Origin: a virus
Lineage: Duplodnaviria; Caudoviricetes
DNA: 63,249 nt
Virus record (IMG/VR): IMGVR_UViG_3300032050_000128
Span: 1-63,249 of that record
Direction: 5' to 3' (one strand)
Shown here: positions 34,138 to 41,762 of the stretch, one piece after another
How positions within the stretch are numbered: the stretch's first letter is position 1
How the letters are laid out: each line of letters starts with the position of its first letter
Position numbers and translations under genes: made by a program
The notes under the pieces: model-generated
What the model saw: only the letters and a program-made list of their open reading frames with translations
Told to the model about the DNA's origin: nothing
The model's database searches: none

Positions 34138-34169
34138 CCGCGACGAAACAAGACGAAAGGACGTATAAA

Positions 34170-34589
34170 GTGTGGATTTTTACAGAAACCGGCTTCGTGT
34201 CTGCGGTCTCAGACCGCGAGATACCAGGCCAGCTAGTCGTGCGCGCTCGTGACCGAGCAGCACTAGAGCCGCTCCAGGTGGCCATCTTCGCCATGCAGGA
34301 GCAGGAGGTCGCTATCCTGAACACTCCGGAGGCAGACTATCCGTACAGACTGTACGTAGACCAGAACATCTTCGCTCGCTGGGCTGCACACTCAGTCCGC
34401 GACATCACCTACTCCAACTTCAAGGGCAGGTGCGCCAGCACCCTGCCGGTCGAGTACTCAGACGCACTGCACGACGTCTGGTCCGCGATGCACCAGGTCG
34501 AAGATGCAGACGCACGACCGGACTACGAAGAAAACACGTCGTTAGGGAGTGTTTCTTATCTTCCTACGGCACATGACGTGCTAAACTAG
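34170..34589 (+). CDS. conserved hypothetical protein
   Basis: WIFTETGFVSAV...VVRAR...DYPYR...YSNFK; GACGAAAGGAC leader. Confidence 0.78.
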   Translation: MWIFTETGFVSAVSDREIPGQLVVRARDRAALEPLQVAIFAMQEQEVAILNTPEADYPYRLYVDQNIFARWAAHSVRDITYSNFKGRCASTLPVEYSDALHDVWSAMHQVEDADARPDYEENTSLGSVSYLPTAHDVLN

Positions 34590-34617
34590 GCAGAGGAAAA
34601 GACTAGGAGAACCACAA

Positions 34618-34677
34618 ATGAACCACCTGTCCCATCCATCTAACCTGTTGAACTTGGTCGGAGACCAGTCAGCATAG
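34618..34677 (+). CDS. 19-aa candidate leader peptide
   Basis: TGcTAAACT -10, AGGAG RBS, MNHLSHPSNLLNLVGDQSA. Confidence 0.4.
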   Translation: MNHLSHPSNLLNLVGDQSA

Positions 34678-34697
34678 CCAACTCAAAGTCGGCCTAA

Positions 34698-34769
34698 GCA
34701 GAGGAGACGTCGCCATCGACGTCCCAAGAGCCGCAGAATCCAAACCATAACAGGACTGCGTCCGTCTGC
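34698..34769 (+). ncRNA. three-way-junction RNA upstream of the cell-wall hydrolase
   Basis: P1 GCAGA-GGA/TCC-G-TCTGC; P2 GACGTCG/CGACGTC; P3 CGCAG..TCC/GGA-CTGCG. Confidence 0.5.
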
Positions 34770-34791
34770 CCACCCCTACATCGGAGGAAAC

Positions 34792-35427
34792 TTGCGAAAC
34801 ATCCTGAACAAGAAGCCAAAGCCAGCGGTGATACTGTTGGTACAAGTAATGCTTTGCCTGGCCATCTGGAACCCGAGCATCACGGTGCTGCGGTCAGAGG
34901 CCGAAGTAAAGACAGAGAACGAGTCGAGTGCACGCCTGCTGATGCCGGCTGACTTCGTCCGCGACATACTACACAAGCTGGCACCGAAGGCGGACGCAGA
35001 GCGTCTGGCCCAGTTCAAAGACAGAACCGAACCGCTGACCGACGTACAGCTGCGGCAGCTGCTCGAGGCCGTGGGCTTCGAGGGCAAGAGCCTGAAGACC
35101 GCCTGGGCGATAGCCAAGGCCGAGTCGAACGGCAGACCGCTGGCCTGGAACAAGAACGCGCTCAGTGGCGACAACTCCATGGGAGTCTTTCAGATAAACA
35201 TGATTGGCGACCTGGGTGCGGACCGAGTCAAGAAGTTCAACCTGGACCACCCGAGAGAGCTGCTGGACCCTGTGACCAACGCAGCTATCACATACTACAT
35301 GAGCAAGGCTGGCACCAACTGGAGCGCCTGGTCCACATACGGTGGCAACCGTGCGGCCGAGTGGGCAGCCAAGTTCCCGTCCAGTCCTGGCCAGTGTGCC
35401 GTGGACAAGCAAGCAAAGAAGGTGTAG
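34792..35427 (+). CDS. membrane-anchored lytic transglycosylase (SLT/lysozyme-like)
   Basis: N-terminal TM; AIAKAES catalytic Glu, GVFQIN, DPVTNA, WSAW; GGAGG RBS before TTG. Confidence 0.87.
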   Translation: MRNILNKKPKPAVILLVQVMLCLAIWNPSITVLRSEAEVKTENESSARLLMPADFVRDILHKLAPKADAERLAQFKDRTEPLTDVQLRQLLEAVGFEGKSLKTAWAIAKAESNGRPLAWNKNALSGDNSMGVFQINMIGDLGADRVKKFNLDHPRELLDPVTNAAITYYMSKAGTNWSAWSTYGGNRAAEWAAKFPSSPGQCAVDKQAKKV

Positions 35428-35436
35428 GATACACAC

Positions 35437-36039
35437 ATGACTGAAGAATGGTACAACCCCAATGCGGTCGACACCGACGGTGACGGCCTAGTACAAGACG
35501 GAACAGCGTTCCAGCGTCCAGCCAAGCGTAGCCAAGCGGGCAAGGGCGAAGAGACAGTGTTCGAAGCGCCTGAGCTCGTCGCCGAGGAACCAGCTGTCGA
35601 ACCAGCTGCGGAACCAGCTGCGGAGCCAGTCCAGGTCGCAGAGGTCGCAGCCGTGGAAGAGCCACCAGCTGCAGAGCCTGAGCTCGCGCCTGCGCCAGAA
35701 CCAGAGCCAGAGCCAGTCCAGGTCGTAGCCGAGCCACCAGCTGCGGTCGCCCCAGTCGAGCGTGTCGTAGACGCAGATGCGGTAGACGTAGTGTTGGCAG
35801 CGCTGACGTACCCAGGCGTAAACAAGAACTCAGCCTCAGTCCGACGTGTACAGTACCAGCTCTACCACGCCGGGTATGCGGACGTGACTGCGGACCAAGA
35901 CGGCCACTACGCCGAGGGAACCTTTAATGCGGTGTCCAAGTTTCAAGCTACCCAGGGTCTGGACGTCACAGGCATCCTCGACAGAACCACGCTCGAGAAA
36001 CTATTTGCAAACCAGCCTGGAGTACGAATCGTACTCTAG
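35437..36039 (+). CDS. peptidoglycan-binding domain protein with Pro/Glu/Ala linker
   Basis: DTDGDGLVQDGT N-terminus; VRRVQYQL...DGHY...T.NAVSKFQ..QGLDVTG. Confidence 0.82.
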   Translation: MTEEWYNPNAVDTDGDGLVQDGTAFQRPAKRSQAGKGEETVFEAPELVAEEPAVEPAAEPAAEPVQVAEVAAVEEPPAAEPELAPAPEPEPEPVQVVAEPPAAVAPVERVVDADAVDVVLAALTYPGVNKNSASVRRVQYQLYHAGYADVTADQDGHYAEGTFNAVSKFQATQGLDVTGILDRTTLEKLFANQPGVRIVL

Positions 36040-36600
36040 ACCGTGTCGCCTACGCGTACGCGTCGCAGCTGCACAGCACGACAGCGCACACAGCTCGCAA
36101 GCTAGCTGGCTAGGCGCACACACATCGTAGGACCAGTCGACAGCCTGGCCTGGACTTTCCCCCGTGGAAAGCTGGGACCAGGCTTTCTTCATGTCAGAGC
36201 ACAGGCCAGCTCGAGCTCAGCGCTCACAGCTCGTAGGCCCATCCCTAGCCACGTCTCCGAGGCAGACAGCTTGTCAGCTCGTCAGCTCGTCAGCAAGCTA
36301 CAACTTCCAAGGCACAGGCAACAAGCTCGCTCGTCAATAACATTCTCGACAAAGCCCAGCTCAGCACATGTCCTAGTCACATAGGTTACCCGCCTGCCTC
36401 ATGCCCCCGCCCCTATGCCTAGGCACTAGGCACTAAGCTCAGCTGCACATTCGCAGTTCCACGATACAGGAACAAAGCTAGACAAGCAAGCCTAGCCCCT
36501 TAAGGGGGCGGAGACGTTTCGAAGCTTCGCGCACAGTAAGTACGGCCTTCTGTCGCGGCAAAGTCATTTTTACTTAAGCTTCACTTTTTTAGCTTAATCG
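36040..36600. repeat. non-coding AGCT-dense repeat tract
   Basis: About 20 AGCT by hand count; tandem GTCAGCTC and CTAGGCA units; no credible ORF. Confidence 0.65.
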
Positions 36601-36660
36601 TACAAATAGTGCCGCACCTCGATCTGCACAGAAGTCTCAAACAGGTGTACGATACTAAAC

Positions 36661-37182
36661 ATGACAAGCAGAACCAGGCCTCCAGCGAGAAAAGCGGTAC
36701 TACCGACCGCCGAGTGTGATTACTTGGCCACTCTAGAGGACGAAGAGCTGTACTTGCGCGTGGACGCGCTGTACAGAGCAGGCTGGTCTTTGTCCAGCAT
36801 TGCAGCTGCCTTTGTCCCCAAAAGAGCACGTACGACAGTTCGTTCCTGGATAAAAAGAGCCGACCCGACAGCGAGCAACGCGACTCTAGTACCTATGCCA
36901 GCGTCACCGTCTCCTGTTCGTACTGCCTCGATAGCCATAAAACGTCGTCCGATGTCCCCAGGAGTCCCACCAGAGCTAGTAGAGACACTAGCCCAGCTTT
37001 CAGCACTCGCGAGGCGTTATCGTTCTAAGACACGTTCGGACTCCCCCTACGCAGAGGCAAATGAGCAACTGACCGAGATAGTAAAGGACCTGCACAAACG
37101 TGGCGTCCCGCTGCGTGAGGTAGCCGTGGCGATGGGCGTCTCCTACCGCGCCGTGATAAGAAGAGCGCAGGCGTCGACTTGA
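36661..37182 (+). CDS. double-HTH DNA-binding protein, paralogue of 27276; leaderless
   Basis: GWSLSSIA and GVPLREVAVAMGVSYRAV; TG.TACGAT -10 just upstream. Confidence 0.82.
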   Translation: MTSRTRPPARKAVLPTAECDYLATLEDEELYLRVDALYRAGWSLSSIAAAFVPKRARTTVRSWIKRADPTASNATLVPMPASPSPVRTASIAIKRRPMSPGVPPELVETLAQLSALARRYRSKTRSDSPYAEANEQLTEIVKDLHKRGVPLREVAVAMGVSYRAVIRRAQAST

Positions 37183-37466
37183 GCAAGGACTACATGGTCA
37201 CGGTTTGGATAAACAAGCCAAACTCCAAACACCCACGTGCACGAACTCTGTCCACGGTGACTAACGCCACTTCACAGGTCCCCCTGGCACGTCCGCTCAG
37301 TATCCTCCTCTCAGACCCTGCGTACTCGGACTGCCTGCTGGCCAACTCAGACGAGGAAGCCAGAAACATACTAGACAGCGCCCCCGTGGAGCAGACCATA
37401 GTTTTACCACTCGCAGTGGCCAAAAGTGTGCTAGGGTGGGCACACTACGAGTTCACACAGAAATAG
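37179..37466 (+). CDS. hypothetical protein
   Basis: TTGA overlap. Confidence 0.65.
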   Translation: MSKDYMVTVWINKPNSKHPRARTLSTVTNATSQVPLARPLSILLSDPAYSDCLLANSDEEARNILDSAPVEQTIVLPLAVAKSVLGWAHYEFTQK

Positions 37467-37481
37467 AGACGGACAACTTAA

Positions 37482-37847
37482 ATGCGCATAGTCAGCGACA
37501 CCTTTCCAGCCAACTGCGTCTTGGCGGACAACACCTACACACAGCGTCTAGGCACTCTAGAGCTAAACGACAACGCCCTGCCGCAGGGTGTGTACCGGGT
37601 GTCTCGTGCCCGCGTGTTCGTCACGGACACGACGGTAGCTATTGCCGTAGACTCTCTACAGGGTCCAGAACTAATTTTTAGAGAAGACTACAAGCACAGG
37701 ATTGCGCCGATGGACAAGAACAAGGGTGTGCACCACATCAAGACTGTCAGCGGTAAGTCGCTGGCCTGGATGCGGGACGACAACTGCGGCTGCGGCAGCC
37801 GTCTCAGGAGCTGGGACCCATACAAGATAGTGACGTCTAATAGGTAG
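37482..37847 (+). CDS. hypothetical protein
   Basis: CGCGSRLRSW C-terminal motif. Confidence 0.72.
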   Translation: MRIVSDTFPANCVLADNTYTQRLGTLELNDNALPQGVYRVSRARVFVTDTTVAIAVDSLQGPELIFREDYKHRIAPMDKNKGVHHIKTVSGKSLAWMRDDNCGCGSRLRSWDPYKIVTSNR

Positions 37848-37862
37848 AGAGCCGGTACAAAA

Positions 37863-37991
37863 TTGAACGAAGCAGTTTGGTTTTTTGCAGGCCTTTTCTT
37901 GGGTCTAGCCCTAGATTTTTTACTAGTCCTGCACATGCTCAGCCCCATCAAGAGACGTATATCTGAACTAGAGTCAAAACAAAAGAGCTAG
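37863..37991 (+). CDS. small membrane protein (42 aa)
   Basis: Own translation; TM helix plus coiled tail. Confidence 0.5.
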   Translation: MNEAVWFFAGLFLGLALDFLLVLHMLSPIKRRISELESKQKS

Positions 37992-37998
37992 AGAACAA

Positions 37999-38109
37999 AT
38001 GAAACGCAAAAGACTACTGCTAGTTTTACTGGTTCTAATGGCCGGTGGAGTGACGTTTGCTCTAGCCATCTGGAACGCGCTCAAGGAACAGGAAGACTTA
38101 GAGATTTAG
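37999..38109 (+). CDS. small membrane protein (36 aa)
   Basis: MKRKRLLLVLLVLMAGG... Confidence 0.5.
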   Translation: MKRKRLLLVLLVLMAGGVTFALAIWNALKEQEDLEI

Positions 38110-38705
38110 CTTTTTGCTTTTTTACTTACCGCAGCTTTCTTTTTTCTCTTTTTACGGGCAGTCGGCACGCTCTCGTAGAAGTAGTCTATCGGTCCTCGGC
38201 AAGAAGGACTGAACTCGATGGCAGCCTCGACGGCGTACCTCAAACGAATCTTCGGATCTTTTATGTGCCTGGTGGAGTAGAGCGAGCCCAGGGCGTAGGA
38301 GCCACCGGAACCGATAGCCAGCTCCTTGTACTCGACCATCTGAAAGTCCGCAGTGTCACACTCGTATATTCTTCCGGCCACACCGAAGAGCAGAGAGCAC
38401 CCGTCGTCGTCTTTCGGGTCCCCGCTCCAAGTAATGTCGTTGTCCTTGAAGAACTGGCGCATAGCTGGAACAACTACGCTGATCATGTGCCCGCTGATGT
38501 TTTTCTTGTTTTTTATCGGCGGTATCGTAAATCCGTACTGAACGGCCTGTCCCACTCCAGTGTTGCCAGAGTAGCCAAAAAGAAACTCTCCACGAGTAAC
38601 TATCTTTGGGTCTAAAGACGATACTATAAGACTGTCATCGCTGTTGCCTCGCTCTGCCGCCATAAAGACTCGGCCAGCTGCAACAACTGCGACTATACAT
38701 GTCAT
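38106..38705 (-). CDS. HslV/proteasome-beta-like Ntn threonine protease
   Basis: M-T-C-I-V start (Thr1), FGYSG, AIGSGGSYALG; leaderless behind TGgTATTAT. Confidence 0.82.
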   Translation of the reverse strand: MTCIVAVVAAGRVFMAAERGNSDDSLIVSSLDPKIVTRGEFLFGYSGNTGVGQAVQYGFTIPPIKNKKNISGHMISVVVPAMRQFFKDNDITWSGDPKDDDGCSLLFGVAGRIYECDTADFQMVEYKELAIGSGGSYALGSLYSTRHIKDPKIRLRYAVEAAIEFSPSCRGPIDYFYESVPTARKKRKKKAAVSKKAKS

Positions 38706-38759
38706 ACTAGAATAATACCACCTAGTAGCCAAAAACCTAGGAGAAAACGGAGACCAGCT

Positions 38760-39047
38760 GTGCACCCCAACGATGCCTGGGACCACGACCAGCCGGAAAG
38801 CATAGAGGACATGAAGCTCAGACTGGAGCAGATTGAGCTTTCCATGGCCTTCGTACGAGAAAACCTAGCCAGGGTGCTGGAAGAAATGCAGCGGTTTCTC
38901 TGCCAAAGAACCGGCCTAAGCCGGGAGGAACTGTCTCCCCTACTGGACCAAATAGAGGAAATGGCCGGACCAGACACGGCACTCACCCTCTCACTCGAGG
39001 ACATCGCCGATCTAGCGAAGACACTGTACCAAGTTCAAAAACTGTAG
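38760..39047 (+). CDS. hypothetical protein
   Basis: GGAG RBS. Confidence 0.65.
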   Translation: MHPNDAWDHDQPESIEDMKLRLEQIELSMAFVRENLARVLEEMQRFLCQRTGLSREELSPLLDQIEEMAGPDTALTLSLEDIADLAKTLYQVQKL

Positions 39048-39156
39048 TAACACTTATTCAATATGTGTGTATGATTTACCACACCACCGCGTATGAAAAT
39101 TGTCCTCTAAGACAGACGTCATACTCCGTGTCCAAACGACTGTGTAGGAGAAAACC

Positions 39157-40941
39157 TTGAGCGTATTCAGACGTACTCCAAGCTCTAACGAGCCCACTGC
39201 GCCAGCTAATTCTTTGCGTGCATCTTCCGCAGCCAACAAAACTATCTCTGACACGGCCGTCTCTACCGCAAGAGGACTGTCATCTATCTTCCTTTCTCCC
39301 GCAACTGCAGTGCCTTTCAGTACGCCTCGCGTAATGACCGCGGCCGCGGCTCAGGTAAAGATGAACAACCGAGATGAGTATGAACAATTTAGACTTCGCC
39401 GTAACTCCGCGAGCTCTGCCTGGCAGAGAGAGGCCTGGGAGTACTACGACGCCATAGGCGAGATCAAGTACGCCTTCAATTTAGTCGCCTCTGTAATTTC
39501 ACGCATTCGTCTTTTTCCCGCAGTCATTGACGATCCCTCCGAGGCGCCCAAGTCAGTAAGAGACGTGCAGAGCGTAGACAAAAATTTAGCCATGGCAGCA
39601 GAGCGTGCAATTCTGCGTCTCGACTCTGCGTACGGCGGTCAGGCCGGTCTCCTACGAGACGCGGCGCTAAACCTCAGCGTATGCGGTGAGTGCTACCTAG
39701 TACAAATACCAGCCAGACCCGGTTCCGGCATTCCAGAGTCTTGGGACATCAAGAGTACTGACGAAGTAGTCGCCGTCACCAACAAGAACAACTCGTTTTC
39801 AATCATCAGCCGTCGCGAGCAAATGGGCGGCGGACAAGCTGGATCTAGACAGGGTGGCTACGAGCTACCTAACAAGGCGTTTGTCGGACGTATCTGGAGA
39901 GCGCATCCTCGTTTCTCAGACGAGGCAGACTCAAGCCTGCGCGGCATGCTCGACCTCTGCGCCGAGCTGCTGCTGCTCAACAGAACATTTCGTGCCACTG
40001 CCCGATCACGTCTAAACGCAGGAGCGCTGTACCTACCAGACGGTTTGTCCGTCGCAGCCAGCGGTGACCCCGACGTAATCGACGATGACTTGTTGAACCC
40101 GGGCGCAGTCACGCAAGAAGCAGAAGACGAGTTTGAAGATCAACTCATCGACGCGATGACCACGCCGATCCGCGACGAAGATTCTGCCAGTGCAGTTGTT
40201 CCACTCATCATTCGCGGACCTGCAGAACTCGGTGACAAGATTAAGCAGTTTAAGTTCGAGCGCTCTTTTGATCCTGCGCTTGCACAGCGTGCCGACAGAG
40301 TACTAGAGCGTATCTTGCAGGGTATCGACATTCCTAAAGACGTAGTCACCGGTATGGCGAACATCAAGTACTCAAACGCACTACAGATCGACGAGTCTAT
40401 GTACAAGGCGCACATCGAGCCACTGATGCTACTGATAGTAGACGCACTCACCGTGGTGTACTTCAGACCGTACTTAATTAGCAACGGCTACACTCCGTCA
40501 GAAGTAGACAGACTAACTATTTGGTACGACCCAAGCGCCGTGTCTACAAGAAACGACCGAGCACAAGACGCCGATCTAGGCTACGACCGACACATTATCT
40601 CCGGAGACGCTTGGCGTAGAACACACGGTTTTTCTTCTGCCGACGCGCCGAGTGAGACCGAGATTGCACTCCGCGTACTAGTTGAAAAGGGTCAAGTCAC
40701 CCCCGAGCTGACCGAAGCAATGCTTCAGGTGTTTACGCCTGACACCATGGCCAGGGTTCGCGGCAACGCCACTGAAAGTCTGCCTGCGGACGTACAGCGA
40801 GTAATGGAACTTGCAAAAGGAGCACAACCTACAACGACAGAAACGACAGAGGAGCCGACAAAAGACGTAGCACCACCAGCAGAGACGGAGCCAGCACAGG
40901 CGCCCGATCCAGGTGAACTACCAGTTGAACCAGAGGCGTAA
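39157..40941 (+). CDS. portal protein
   Basis: WQREAWEYYDAIGEIKY, IWRAHPR...ADS, SRLNAGALYLP, SAVVPLII of actinophage portals; position at head of the module. Confidence 0.88.
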   Translation: MSVFRRTPSSNEPTAPANSLRASSAANKTISDTAVSTARGLSSIFLSPATAVPFSTPRVMTAAAAQVKMNNRDEYEQFRLRRNSASSAWQREAWEYYDAIGEIKYAFNLVASVISRIRLFPAVIDDPSEAPKSVRDVQSVDKNLAMAAERAILRLDSAYGGQAGLLRDAALNLSVCGECYLVQIPARPGSGIPESWDIKSTDEVVAVTNKNNSFSIISRREQMGGGQAGSRQGGYELPNKAFVGRIWRAHPRFSDEADSSLRGMLDLCAELLLLNRTFRATARSRLNAGALYLPDGLSVAASGDPDVIDDDLLNPGAVTQEAEDEFEDQLIDAMTTPIRDEDSASAVVPLIIRGPAELGDKIKQFKFERSFDPALAQRADRVLERILQGIDIPKDVVTGMANIKYSNALQIDESMYKAHIEPLMLLIVDALTVVYFRPYLISNGYTPSEVDRLTIWYDPSAVSTRNDRAQDADLGYDRHIISGDAWRRTHGFSSADAPSETEIALRVLVEKGQVTPELTEAMLQVFTPDTMARVRGNATESLPADVQRVMELAKGAQPTTTETTEEPTKDVAPPAETEPAQAPDPGELPVEPEA

Positions 40942-40943
40942 AC

Positions 40944-41762
40944 GTGTCGTACGAAGAAGAGATAGTCGCCACAACCGAGAGCATCGTGAGCGCGGCACGA
41001 CCATGCTGGGACGGCTACAAGCAGGTCGGAATGAAAAAGAAAAACGGAAAAATGGTTCCTAACTGCGTGCCAGACGAGGCCGCAAACATTGAAGAACTAG
41101 CCGCCGGTAAGCGTCATCCAAAAGCAAAACCAAACGAGCGCGTCCGTGGTTCTGACAAAAACAAACCAAAGTCTGCCACCGCAAAAAAGTCAAAGACTAT
41201 TAAGTTTTCAAAGCGCACCGAGGCCATGCTAGCCGAAAAAGTACGCAAGCACAATGAGAAGGCACCAGAGGGACGCAAGGCGTCTAGCGCCATGCTCAAG
41301 GCGGTGTACAGGCGCGGCGCAGGAGCTTTCTCCGGCAGCCATCGTCCAGGCATGTCTCGCGACCAGTGGGCCGCAGCCAGAGTTAACGCTTTTCTAAAAC
41401 TGCTCAAGAGCGGTAAACCAAAAAACGCAAACTACACCACAGACAACGACCTGCTTCCTGCGTCGCACCCGCGCTCAACTAAGAAAGACAACGCTATACT
41501 GGCTTCAGCCGATGTAATTTGGGCTGACGAACTTTCCGTCGTGCTGCTAGAACCGAGCGAGTATGAAAATTCGGAGCAGGCAGTTTTTGCTCTGACAGAG
41601 TTCTCTGGTCTAGGCTACCACGCCGAGCCAGCCTTCAGAGCAGCCTGGCTGCGAGCCGTGCGAGACGGAGAGTCTCCGTTTGAACGTGCGCTGGCGTTGG
41701 CTGAACTGAGCAGCACCTCTAAAGATCTAGACTTGCTACCAAAAGAAGAGGCGTCGCTATGA
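40944..41762 (+). CDS. head-associated modular protein
   Basis: PCWDGYKQVGMKKKNGKMVPNCVP and LKAVYRRG.GA...QWAAARVNAF modules seen in phage head proteins. Confidence 0.7.
   Translation: MSYEEEIVATTESIVSAARPCWDGYKQVGMKKKNGKMVPNCVPDEAANIEELAAGKRHPKAKPNERVRGSDKNKPKSATAKKSKTIKFSKRTEAMLAEKVRKHNEKAPEGRKASSAMLKAVYRRGAGAFSGSHRPGMSRDQWAAARVNAFLKLLKSGKPKNANYTTDNDLLPASHPRSTKKDNAILASADVIWADELSVVLLEPSEYENSEQAVFALTEFSGLGYHAEPAFRAAWLRAVRDGESPFERALALAELSSTSKDLDLLPKEEASL

Noticed and set aside
34698-34790. ydaO/c-di-AMP riboswitch call
   Set aside because: Only GAATCC...GGA resembles it; the GGGGAACC and CCGTCAGCTAAC blocks are missing.
35575-35760. DNA tandem repeats (GAACCAGCTG, CCAGAG)
   Set aside because: They simply encode the Pro/Glu/Ala linker of the PG-binding protein.
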